DNA of 39,567 nt from Sandaracinaceae bacterium (GTDB lineage Bacteria > Myxococcota_A > Polyangia > Polyangiales > Sandaracinaceae), in the NCBI GenBank assembly GCA_044220955.1, contig JBGAQA010000009.1, forward strand, positions 1 through 39,567. The letters run 5' to 3'. The notes beneath the pieces are model-generated. The model searched no databases. It worked only from the letters and a program-made list of their open reading frames with translations, and had not been told where the DNA came from. The number at the start of each line of letters is the position of its first letter. The stretch's first letter is position 1. Below, piece after piece: positions 1 through 8,853 of this stretch. Both the position numbers and the translations under genes were made by a program.

Positions 1-204
1 CTACACCGAGACCAGAACGTTCCGCTCGCGTATCCTCGAGCGGTGGGAGAAACCGGCGTTCATGCGGCCTACGCCCCGACGGTCTTGACGCGGTCGCGTA
101 CGGCCTCGATGAGCGCGCCGCGGCAGAGGTTGCGCACTCGACGCAGCACGCCCTGTCGCGCTCAGCCAGGCTGTGTTCCTGCGCCCGATGCCGGCGCTCC
201 GTAG

Positions 205-690
205 GTCCGGTGGACGCCCGTTCCGGGGCTCGAATTCGTGCAGATCTCGACGAGGATCGGCGTGTGGCGGCGTGCGACGGCGTGCGGCGATCGTGGTCTG
301 GGTGCTGCTCGGCGCTTCGATCTCTTCACGCCGGTCTGCCGCGCGCCCTGAGACGAGGAGATCCCGACCGGCACCTACCAGTTCGCGATCTCGCACGGGA
401 GCGGCTCGCCGGTCCGCGCGGGCGACCCGATCCGCGTCACCGGCGGCCATTACTTCGACCTCCACTACGAGAGCCGCGACGGCTTTCGCGTCGCCGGATG
501 GATCACGTGGATCGGCAGCCTGCTCGCTGGGGGCGCGCTCATGATCGCGGGCGTCGCGACCAGCCACGGTGAGGTCAACGTCGCGCCCGTCGTGGCAGGC
601 GCGGTCATCGCGGGCCTGGGCGAGATCATCGGGATCGCGTTCGTGTTCCTCAACGACGACGCCCAGCTGCACGAGCGCAGCCATCGCACG
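205..690 (+). pseudogene. Remnant of a membrane protein with two C-terminal TM helices, interrupted by an in-frame TGA at 349-351
   Basis: Frame 1 reads VCRAP*DEEIPTGTYQFAISHG...GWITWIGSLLAGGALMIAGVA...VVAGAVIAGLGEIIGIAFVFLNDD, continuous with ORF 541..2415. There is an upstream TAG at 202-204 and no signal peptide or convincing start. Confidence 0.5.
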
Positions 691-1347
691 GCGTCGGGCG
701 GCGCCGACGGCGCGTCTCGCGAGCACGTGGACGATACCGGCGGGTCCACCGCGAGCAGCGCGGACGTCGGGCGCGTCAACGAGGCGCTCGCCGGGTGCGA
801 GGGAATTGCCGGCGCCACGCTGCACGTCGCGATCGGAGTGCGCGGCGACGTGCTGCGTGTGGCGGCCGCCGACGCGTCACCCGAGGCAGTGTGCTGCGCA
901 GAGGCCGCGCTCACGGCGACCACCTTCGCCGCGTCGAGCAGCCTGCGCCAGATCGACGTGACCATCGACGCGGACGGCCCGCGGCACGGCGACCAGGCGA
1001 CGCTCCGCGACGCACTCGCGGTGTGCGGTGGCCTATCGCCCGGAGCGAGCATCGCGGTCACGGTCGATGCGCTCGGCGCGGCGACGGAGACCCACGTCGA
1101 GGGCATGCCCGCCGGGCCCATCGAGTGCATCGAGGGCGCTGTCGCGAGCGCCCGCTTCCTGGCGCGCCATCACCCCGAGACGCTCCTCGTCGCCATCCCG
1201 CTCGCGGCCGCGCCCGAGGCCACCCCCATGCCCGAAGCCCCGGGAGGCGTCGATGCCTCCGTCCGCGCGCTGATCGAGTCGAGGCGCGCGTCTCTCCTCG
1301 CGTGCAACGGAGGCGCGGCCGTCGCGATGGTCGCCGAGTGGAGCCCC
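691..1347 (+). pseudogene. Fragment with tandem AgmX/PglI C-terminal (TonB-C-like) modules, third copy truncated
   Basis: Repeated helix-C...beta-beta-G...C-x7-8-F pattern: VNEALAGC..VRGDV..CCAEAALTATTF (about 775-927) and LRDALAVC..ALGAA..ECIEGAVASARF (about 1003-1158). A third copy, VRALIESRRASLLAC.., stops resembling the module at about 1347. Confidence 0.4.
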
Positions 1348-1530
1348 TCACGGCGGGCTCGCTCCTCCACGCGCTCCAGTGAGCCCGCGCTCGAGCTCAA
1401 GCCAGCCGCGCCGCAGCGTATCCTCCCCAGGGATGATGACGGGCCCCGATGGATCTGGTGCAGTCCACCGGATCGCCGCTCGCGACTTCTTCGAGAGCTC
1501 GTCGTCCCCATGCTGAGAGCAGGTCTTGCC

Positions 1531-2415
1531 ATGCGCACAGTCGCCGTCCCGTCCCTTCCGCTCGCTGTGCTCTTGGCCGCACTCTCGGCCTCCGTCGGAG
1601 GCTGCACCTCGGGCGGGACGCCGACGGCGGGGCTCGGCGCGTCGTGCCGCGTCGATGCGGACTGCACGAGCGCGATGTGCGAGAGCGCCGAGGGTCGGCA
1701 GTTCTGCTCGGTCGAGTGCACGTCGGCCGCCGAGTGTGCGCCGGCGGTGTCGGGTGCATCGCTCGTCTGCGATGCGACGGCCGGCCACTGCGTACCGCGC
1801 TGCTCGGACGGAGCCACGCGCGGCGCGGGCCCGGCGCGCGAGCTCTGCCAGGCCGGCGTCTACGTCGCGTGCTCGGGCCTCGACGATGTCGCCCAGTGCG
1901 CCGCGTGTGGCTGCGAGCCATTCGGCGGCGGTAACTGCCTCGCGGGCATGGGCTGCGTGATGCCGAGCCCCGACGGGACGGCGTGCACTCTCGATGGCCA
2001 GTGTGCGTCCGGGCGGTGCTACGCCGACACGAACGTCTGCGGGGCGGCGCGCGCGATGGGCGACCCCTGCACGAACGACGACGACTGCTCGACGCACAAC
2101 TGCAGCAACGACGGGAACACGGCCACGCCAGGCCACTGCAACCAGACGCTCGGCAGCTCGTGCATGGGCGCGTCCGGCGCCACGGCCACGTGTACGCGCT
2201 GCGAGCGCCCCGACACGTTCTCCGATGGCATCTGCACGCGCACCGCGTGCGCGCCCATCACCCACGACCACTGCCCGCGCACGACCGACCGAGCGTGGCG
2301 CTGCGAGTCCAGCGTCGATGGCCTGCACCATTGCTACGAGACGTGCCCGACGGACGGCAGCCTGTACCACTGCTACGACGCGTTCGAGTTCTGCAGCGGC
2401 GGGCTCTGCAACTGA
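1531..2415 (+). CDS. Cysteine-rich lipoprotein (294 aa, 37 Cys)
   Basis: ATG 1531 with GCAGG upstream. Signal MRTVAVPSLPLAVLLAALSASVGG-C has a lipobox-like end. Three G-x-x-C-x5-C-x4-C modules. This is the 3' part of ORF 541..2415. Confidence 0.8.
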   Translation: MRTVAVPSLPLAVLLAALSASVGGCTSGGTPTAGLGASCRVDADCTSAMCESAEGRQFCSVECTSAAECAPAVSGASLVCDATAGHCVPRCSDGATRGAGPARELCQAGVYVACSGLDDVAQCAACGCEPFGGGNCLAGMGCVMPSPDGTACTLDGQCASGRCYADTNVCGAARAMGDPCTNDDDCSTHNCSNDGNTATPGHCNQTLGSSCMGASGATATCTRCERPDTFSDGICTRTACAPITHDHCPRTTDRAWRCESSVDGLHHCYETCPTDGSLYHCYDAFEFCSGGLCN

Positions 2416-2458
2416 GCGCGTGGCCGACTGCGATGCTCGTGGGCGGAGCATCGCCCCG

Positions 2459-3778
2459 TCACGGACAGCCGTAGGCGAGCGCATGGATGTCGAACAGGCC
2501 CGCGTCGCCGATCGTGTGGGCCACGTAGAGAGCATCCTCGCCGACCGCAACCGACATCTGACCTGGAGCTGCCCGCCGCGTCCAGTCGAACGGGGCCGAG
2601 CTGACGAGGAGCGGCTCATCGATTCGACCAGCACATGCCATCTGGTCGAGCGCCTCCACGAACAGAACCGCATCTGCGCCGAAGCGGGGGTCATTCGTCA
2701 GCCACGCGAGCCAGATCACGTCGTGCCACGACACGAGCTGAATGCCCGCAGGCAACGACCCGCCCCAGCCGGCAAACGACGCGTCGCCCCCGCGGCGGCT
2801 CAGGTCGCTCGGCGCGAACCGCGCGATCCGGAGGCGACTCTCCGCGACCTCGGTCGTCCGCTCGAACCCTGCAACGAGGATCGCGTCTCGCGTCACGAGG
2901 AGCGAAGCACGCGATGTGAGGTGCTCGAGCGCTGTGACGGGCCCCCCACGCATACCATCGGTGGTTGCCGTCACGAGCATCGCCCGGGCGAATCCGTCGT
3001 CGTCGATCGTGTACCAGAGCACGACGAACGCGCCCGGGTCGTTCGGCAACGAGGCGGCGCCGATGCTGTCCCACAGGATCCCTTCGATCGCGAGCGTCGT
3101 GCTGGTTCTGGCTGCGAGATCGAGCACGTCGATAGCGCCCGGTCGGGCAGTGAGAGCAAGCGAGGCCCCGCTATCGACGAGAACCGGACCGATGTGCGTC
3201 TCGTCCCACGGCCGCGACATTGCCTCTAGCTCGGAGACGGATCCCGCGGCATCGACGGTTCGCCAGCGCAGCTCCAGCGTCTGGCTCGTACCGCGCCCGA
3301 GTGCCACGTTCCAGGCGAACAGGGTGGGGGGGCCGCCCATGCCTGTCGCCTCGAGCGGCGGCTGCGACATCGAATCGAGGCGACTCGGCGTCAGCGCCGT
3401 CAACGCGCGGTCGAAGCGCCTCGTTTCAAGAAGCACGCGATCGGCCGCCGGATCCTCGACCTCGGTCAGGACCTCCACTATCCCGGCGCCAACGACCAGC
3501 GTTGGCACACGTGCTTCTCGCGCCAGGCTCGACGATATGTCGTCGGGAGCGCGAGCCGAGCGGAGCAGATGAACACAGTCCGGCCGGGGCATCTCGCAAG
3601 GCGGGGCAAGCCCGGTATCCGCGTCCGAGGCCGCCGTGCCCGCGTCGAGGTTCGTGTCGCCCGCACGCATCGCGGTGTCCGCCGGAAGACCTGCGTCCCG
3701 TTCGGCCTCGTGCGCCGCCGCGCAACTGCTCAGCGCCCCGACGATACCGAGTCCGATGATAGCGACAGGGATGCGCAT
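2459..3778 (-). CDS. Hypothetical lipoprotein (439 aa), beta-rich, possibly propeller-like
   Basis: MRIPVAIIGLGIVGALSS-C lipobox and a DAG-type linker. The ATG directly follows the upstream gene's stop (TGAATG). Confidence 0.75.
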   Translation of the reverse strand: MRIPVAIIGLGIVGALSSCAAAHEAERDAGLPADTAMRAGDTNLDAGTAASDADTGLAPPCEMPRPDCVHLLRSARAPDDISSSLAREARVPTLVVGAGIVEVLTEVEDPAADRVLLETRRFDRALTALTPSRLDSMSQPPLEATGMGGPPTLFAWNVALGRGTSQTLELRWRTVDAAGSVSELEAMSRPWDETHIGPVLVDSGASLALTARPGAIDVLDLAARTSTTLAIEGILWDSIGAASLPNDPGAFVVLWYTIDDDGFARAMLVTATTDGMRGGPVTALEHLTSRASLLVTRDAILVAGFERTTEVAESRLRIARFAPSDLSRRGGDASFAGWGGSLPAGIQLVSWHDVIWLAWLTNDPRFGADAVLFVEALDQMACAGRIDEPLLVSSAPFDWTRRAAPGQMSVAVGEDALYVAHTIGDAGLFDIHALAYGCP

Positions 3779-5002
3779 TCACACCGCTCCGCACAACGAG
3801 AAGTCCACGAGTTGGGTGCCCGCAACCCCCAGCGTGCAGTTGGCCAGGAGGTGCAGCGCGCCGTCAGGCCGCGAATGGAACCCATCCGCCGTGCTGCATC
3901 GGAGATCGGAGAGGCTCACAGGTGGGCGGAAGCTCACACCGTCGTCCTCGAGCACGATGCCCCACGTGCCGACCTCGTTAGCGAACAGGACCAGCACCCG
4001 ACCACCGATGGATTGCGCCGCCAGTAGGTTGCCGGTGAAGACGGCTGGGTCGGCCGGCGTGACCGCGAGCGGGAACGGCGCGGTGACCTCTGCGAGGGAG
4101 TACGCCGTGAGTGTGCCGCCCGCGAGCGCAAAGCCGACGACCGTCCCGTCTTCGGCGGTCATCAGAATCGCATCCCCCGGTCCATCCCCCAGTCTCGTCA
4201 TGCCCGGAACTCCAGCGCCGGTCGGGACTCGCGTGACGACCGGCGCGCCCCCCGTGGAAGGAAGCGTGGCGACCCAAACCTCGCCATGCGCGTCGGCGAC
4301 ACACGAGGCGAGCGCCGGAGGCGTCTGAGGCGGAAGCACGCGCGCCGGGCCAAACGCACCGTCGAGGGGATAGTAGGGAGGCCCGCCCCCGGGGCTGCCT
4401 CCGGTCCAGGCCACCGTGGCGAGGCCGCTGGCGCCGTCCTCCCGCTCGATGAGCAGGGCCAGGCCCGCCGCGTGGTCGCATGGAGAGATGTCGCGGACCG
4501 ATTCTCCAGGCGCCAACGGCAGCTCGAGCGGCTGTGGCGGACCGAAGGCGCCCACAAACTGCGACCATTCGTAGCTGGAGGAGGACGCCGCCGGGAACAG
4601 GACCACCGTCGGCCCGGAAGAGTCATCGAGTGGCAGTATCTCGAGCGTCCCATCCCAGGGCGTCGCGACGTCGGTCACTGAAGAGGCGCCGTCGACCAGC
4701 AGCGAGATCCTCCAGACGCGAGCGTCCCAGCGCCCGCTCGCTGTCGCCACGAGACGCCCGTTTCCGATCGACGCCGCCCGGGGACTGGACCCCGAAGCGG
4801 GTGGGGGCTCGGTGCTGATCTGCCGCAGCACCAAGCCCGTGCCGCAGCCGAGCGTCACGTCTTCCGGAAGCGCGTCCCTCGTGAGGCTCGTTGCGTCGGG
4901 AGCGCCGGATGCGTCGGGCGTCGGGACGGGAGCCCCACACCCGCAGCCCGACGGCGCGATGAGCAGCACGAGCACGCTAGCAAGGTGGACCGCAACACGC
5001 AC
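3779..5002 (-). CDS. Hypothetical lipoprotein (about 407 aa), beta-rich
   Basis: Start reassigned to GTG 5002, giving VRVAVHLASVLVLLIAPSG-C-GC followed by a PDASGAPDA linker. The longer ORF to 5395 only overlaps the upstream gene. Confidence 0.7.
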   Translation of the reverse strand: MRVAVHLASVLVLLIAPSGCGCGAPVPTPDASGAPDATSLTRDALPEDVTLGCGTGLVLRQISTEPPPASGSSPRAASIGNGRLVATASGRWDARVWRISLLVDGASSVTDVATPWDGTLEILPLDDSSGPTVVLFPAASSSSYEWSQFVGAFGPPQPLELPLAPGESVRDISPCDHAAGLALLIEREDGASGLATVAWTGGSPGGGPPYYPLDGAFGPARVLPPQTPPALASCVADAHGEVWVATLPSTGGAPVVTRVPTGAGVPGMTRLGDGPGDAILMTAEDGTVVGFALAGGTLTAYSLAEVTAPFPLAVTPADPAVFTGNLLAAQSIGGRVLVLFANEVGTWGIVLEDDGVSFRPPVSLSDLRCSTADGFHSRPDGALHLLANCTLGVAGTQLVDFSLCGAV

Positions 5003-5711
5003 TTGAGTTGATGCACCCGCTGGTGCCTGTGTTCCCGCTGTAACGTGTGTCTCCGGTATCGTTCCCACAGTCGAAGTGCTGGAACGTGTTCGTCGAGTCC
5101 CAGAGGCAATCCGCGTCGTCGCCGCCCTCGAGCCAGTCTCCGCTGCCGGAGCTGAGCCCGAAGACGTCGTCGTCACCTGCGTCTCCTGCCGCGAGTCCGA
5201 TCGAGGATGTTTGGTGCACACCATCGTCGTTGCCTCCGCCGTGCATCCAGGTGTCATTCGACCCTCCTCCATCAACCATCGCGTCGTTCCCGCCGTCGCC
5301 GAACATGTCAAGAATGTGGCCGCCATACGCAAGGCGGTTCCACGTACTGCCGGCGCTCCCGGACGTCCCGCAGTACCCGGACGGATTCGTGCCATCCGTC
5401 GAAACGATGATCATGATGTCGCTGCCGGTACCACCGTCGGCTGAGTCGCCATGGATGTTGTAGTCGTCGTTCAACGCTGTCGAGCCGAGCGAGATGAAGG
5501 AATCATTCCCACTGCCCGGTCCATCGATACAGAGAGTTGCCACGCGAGAAGTTCCGGCCACGTTGGGGTCGTCCACCATGCCAATCCACATGGTCTCAGA
5601 GTTATTCGACACGCCACGCACCACAGTAAGCGCGCTCGCTGACGAGCTGACCATGCACCATCCCGCAACCACCGAGACCACGAACGCCAGACCACGAAAC
5701 AGTTTCATCAT
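4977..5711 (-). CDS. Secreted protein with RTX/hemolysin-type Ca-binding repeats (244 aa)
   Basis: Strong SD AAGGAGGT and a Sec signal ending ASA-L. GGxGxD-like repeats: GGTGSD, GDGGND, GGGSND, GGGNDD, GDAGDD, GGDDAD. Cys-rich C-terminus CINSSACCGPPC. Confidence 0.8.
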   Translation of the reverse strand: MMKLFRGLAFVVSVVAGWCMVSSSASALTVVRGVSNNSETMWIGMVDDPNVAGTSRVATLCIDGPGSGNDSFISLGSTALNDDYNIHGDSADGGTGSDIMIIVSTDGTNPSGYCGTSGSAGSTWNRLAYGGHILDMFGDGGNDAMVDGGGSNDTWMHGGGNDDGVHQTSSIGLAAGDAGDDDVFGLSSGSGDWLEGGDDADCLWDSTNTFQHFDCGNDTGDTRYSGNTGTSGCINSSACCGPPC

Positions 5712-5811
5712 AGCCTACCTCCTTCTTGCAGTTCCGCCTCTGATTTCGGCCAGAGCGTCCTCCTCCAGCCCCACGCCAAGATTGTTGAAGCACGAAGATC
5801 AGAGCCGAAGC

Positions 5812-6564
5812 TCAGATGCCCCGCTCTGGGCCCGGACGTCCGACGCCAGCCGGCAGGAATCGTCGCGTCGTTCGTTCGTCGGTCGCCCGGCTTCGCCATG
5901 CTTCCCAATCGGGACTCGGCGCGAGCTCGGCGCGACGCCAGGCCTCGAGCGTCGTCCAGAGCACGACGTCTTCGTCCTGTTGCCGCCGAAGGACGCAATC
6001 GAGCCCCGCACGCATGGTGTCCATCCGAGGCCCCGCGTGCATCAGCACCCGGGCGAACATGATCTCCTCGGCAGCGCTCGGCGTTTGGTTGCACAGAATG
6101 TCGGATACCCGCACACCCATTTCCGGTAGGAGTTCGGGATTCGTCTCGGTTATCGAATCCATCCAGCCCTGGACGTAGGGATCCACGGAGTTCGCGACGG
6201 CCTCGGGGCCTCCGTCGAGCGGCGCGCCCGTCTCTTCAAGGACCCGGATCTGCCAGCTCATCCTATCCGCCGCGTGGTGCGCCCGATCGACCTGCTGCGG
6301 GCCGTCGGAGCAGGAAGGCGTAGCCACTTCGGGTTCGACGGCGACGGGCATGGGCGCGGCCACCGACGGAGTCGGGGCGCTCGCGGTGACGACCGCTCGC
6401 GGTCGATCCTCCGAACCGGAGCCCCGACCTCGCGAGGAGGAGCTTGAAGCGCTCGCGCCGTCGCTCGATGCGATGGCGCCCCGGGTCATGGCGCCGACCA
6501 GCAACCCCGTTAGCAGGGCCACCAAGACGCGCGCGCCTCCGGCAATCCCAGGTGCCGAACTCAC
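5812..6564 (-). CDS. Hypothetical membrane-anchored or exported protein (250 aa)
   Basis: GGAG upstream of GTG. N-terminal hydrophobic helix, Ser/Pro/Ala-rich linker and a helical-looking C-terminal domain. Confidence 0.65.
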   Translation of the reverse strand: MSSAPGIAGGARVLVALLTGLLVGAMTRGAIASSDGASASSSSSRGRGSGSEDRPRAVVTASAPTPSVAAPMPVAVEPEVATPSCSDGPQQVDRAHHAADRMSWQIRVLEETGAPLDGGPEAVANSVDPYVQGWMDSITETNPELLPEMGVRVSDILCNQTPSAAEEIMFARVLMHAGPRMDTMRAGLDCVLRRQQDEDVVLWTTLEAWRRAELAPSPDWEAWRSRATDERTTRRFLPAGVGRPGPERGI

Positions 6565-6693
6565 GCAGTCTCCGAAATGGAACGCACTCCTCGCGACATC
6601 GACGCCTCCCCGCTCTGCGACCCCAGGGCTCTAACAGGCTGTGAGGGTTCCGCCTATGGAGCGATTTGCCTAGCCGTCCTTGGAGCGACATAC

Positions 6694-7191
6694 CTATTCG
6701 CGCCTGATACGGTTGGCTCCGTACAGCTCCCAGACGACGCGGTCCATGATCCAGTAGGCGATGCCCTGCACCGAGTTCTCACGCACGACGCCTCGGAGCT
6801 TCGCGAAGATCGACGCAAGCTGGTTGTTGATCGTTCGCTTGCTCTTGCCGGTCTCGCGCGCGATCTCCGGCGCGGTCGCGCCCACCGCGATCAGCTCGAG
6901 CACTCCCGCCTCCGCTGGTGACAGTCTGCAGCGTTCGGTGAGCCAGCGCGCGACGGCGAGCTTCGTCTGCTCCATCCCGGCACGGCGGGCGAGCGCGCGA
7001 ACGATCTCCTCGCGGATCGCGGTGATTGACTCGTCGTCGGGGTTGGCGAAATCGACCGTCTTCTCCAGGTACCCGAGACCTGCCCGTCGCGAGCGGACCG
7101 TGAGGCTCGGGTCGCCGAACGCGGTCCACATGATGACGTCAGGTCCCGTCGGGGGAGGCCTCAGGGATGCCGCGAAGGCGAAGCTCCTCAT
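6694..7191 (-). pseudogene. N-terminally truncated NarL/FixJ-family response regulator (half receiver domain plus LuxR-type HTH)
   Basis: PDVIMWTAFGD...AGLGYLEK matches receiver beta4-alpha4-beta5. LSPAEAGVLELIAVGATAPEIARETGKSKRTINNQLASIFAKL is a LuxR HTH. The half carrying the phospho-acceptor Asp is absent. Confidence 0.75.
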
Positions 7192-7567
7192 CCTGCTCAT
7201 CCTCTTGCTCATCCTCGGCAACACGGTCGCGATGGGCGTGCGCGAGCGGACGAACGAGTACGGCGTGCTGCGCGCCCTCGGGTTCCTGCCGCACCACGTC
7301 GCGACGTTCATCCTCGGCGAGAGCATGTTCCTCGGCCTCTTCGCGGGCGTGCTCGGCCTGGGCCTGGCGTACCCGCTCGTGAACTTCGGGATGGGCCGCT
7401 TCATCGAGGAGAACATGGGCGGCATGTTCCCCTTCTTCCGCGTGCAGCCCGGGACGATGCTCGCCGCGATGGGCTTCGCGATGCTGCTCGGCCTGGTCGC
7501 CGCGGCGATCCCCGCCTGGCGCGCCTCGCGCCTGACCACGGTCGAAGCCCTGCGCAGGGTGAACTGA
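7180..7567 (+). pseudogene. C-terminal fragment of an ABC transporter permease (FtsX/MacB-type)
   Basis: LLILGNTVAMGVRERTNEYGVLRALGF...IPAWRASRLTTVEALRRVN. The N-terminal TM and periplasmic domain are missing. Confidence 0.8.
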
Positions 7568-7568
7568 G

Positions 7569-7685
7569 ATGATCCCGCCCCGCTCCGCTCGCTTCGCTCG
7601 CGAGGGACATCGGTCCTCTCGCGCGCGCGTCGATTCATCCCCGGCGCTCGCCACGCCACGACGGGAGACGCAGCCATGATCCCGC
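7569..7685. repeat. Palindromic intergenic element between 10-bp direct repeats ATGATCCCGC
   Basis: ATGATCCCGC occurs at 7569-7578 and 7676-7685. Between them are a CGCTCGCTTCGCTCGC motif and a hairpin at 7599-7623. Confidence 0.55.
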
Positions 7686-8842
7686 TCAGCTACAACCTGC
7701 GCAGCATGATGGTGCGGCGCCTCACGACGCTCGCGACCGCGCTCGGCATCGGCCTCGTGGTGTTCGTGTTCGCCTCGGCGCAGATGCTCTCGGCCGGCGT
7801 CGAGGAGACGCTCGGCAGCAGCGGCGCCGAGGACGTGGCCATCGTGCTCTCGCGCGGCTCGGACGCCGAGCTCTCGAGCAACGTGGACCAGCCGAACGTC
7901 GGCCTCATCGAGGCGCTCCCGGGCGTGGCACGGCGCGCGGACGGGACCGCCGACGCGGTGGGCGAGATCGTCGGCGTGCTCGCGCTCGACAAGGTCGGCA
8001 CGACGGGCGTCTCGAACGTGCAGATCCGCGGCGTCGACGACCACGTCTGGGACTTCCGCACCACCGCGCGGATCCTCGAGGGCCGCGCCGCGACGCCGGG
8101 CACCGACGAGTGCGTGGTCGGTCGCGCCATCCGGGGCCGCTTCCGCGGGCTCGAGCTCGACGGCTCGTTCGACATCCGTCACGACCGCCCGCTGCGCGTC
8201 GTCGGCGTGTTCGAGGACGAGGGATCGTCGTTCGAGTCCGAGGTGTGGGCCGATCTCGACACGGTCCGCACCGGCTTCGGCCGCGAGGGCCTCGTCTCGT
8301 CGGTGCGCGTGCGCCTCGACTCACCCGACGCGTTCGAGGGCTTCCGCCGCGGCGTCGAGTCGGACCGCCGCCTCGGCATGCAGGCGCTCCGCGAGACGCA
8401 GTACTACACGGACCAGTCGCAGGGCACGGCCACCTTCGTCCGCGTGCTCGGCTTCCTCATCGCGTTCTTCTTCTCGCTGGGCGCGATGATCGGCGCGATG
8501 ATCACGATGTACGCCGCCGTCGCCAACCGCACGCGTGAGATCGGCACGCTGCGCGCGCTCGGTTTCTCGCGCACCGGCATCCTGCTCTCGTTCCTCTTCG
8601 AGTCGGTCGTGCTCGCGCTCGTCGGTGGCGCCGTCGGCGCGCTCGCGTCGCTCGGCTGGGGCACGGTCGAGATCTCGATGGTGAACTTCGCGAGCTGGTC
8701 CGAGATCGTGTTCGCGTTCCACCCCAGCCCGGCCATCCTCGGCAGCTCGATCGTCTTCGCCGCGATCGTCGGCGTGCTCGGGGGGTTCTTCCCCGCGCTC
8801 GCTGCTGCGCGCGTCTCGCCCATCGCGGCGATGCGCGGCTGA
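7676..8842 (+). CDS. ABC transporter permease, MacB/FtsX family (388 aa)
   Basis: N-terminal TM, periplasmic domain, TMYAAVANRTREIGTLRALGF motif and three further TM helices. GGGAG SD. Confidence 0.92.
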   Translation: MIPLSYNLRSMMVRRLTTLATALGIGLVVFVFASAQMLSAGVEETLGSSGAEDVAIVLSRGSDAELSSNVDQPNVGLIEALPGVARRADGTADAVGEIVGVLALDKVGTTGVSNVQIRGVDDHVWDFRTTARILEGRAATPGTDECVVGRAIRGRFRGLELDGSFDIRHDRPLRVVGVFEDEGSSFESEVWADLDTVRTGFGREGLVSSVRVRLDSPDAFEGFRRGVESDRRLGMQALRETQYYTDQSQGTATFVRVLGFLIAFFFSLGAMIGAMITMYAAVANRTREIGTLRALGFSRTGILLSFLFESVVLALVGGAVGALASLGWGTVEISMVNFASWSEIVFAFHPSPAILGSSIVFAAIVGVLGGFFPALAAARVSPIAAMRG

Positions 8843-8853
8843 TCAGCCGGAGT

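Noticed and set aside
2..88. Possible 3' end of an upstream gene (YTETRTFRSRILERWEKPAFMRPTPRRS*)
   Set aside because: Too short to support or identify.
1531..2415. Possible multiheme cytochrome or Fe-S protein
   Set aside because: No CxxCH motifs. The exported location and Cys spacing fit disulfide modules.
5003..5395. N-terminal extension of ORF 3779..5395 as a dual-coding overlap
   Set aside because: The extension is an off-frame reading of the RTX-repeat gene. A lipoprotein signal begins at GTG 5002.
6694..7677. 327-aa minus-strand and 268-aa plus-strand ORFs as genuine overlapping genes
   Set aside because: Each is a truncated real gene extended through the antisense of the other across the junction at about 7185.
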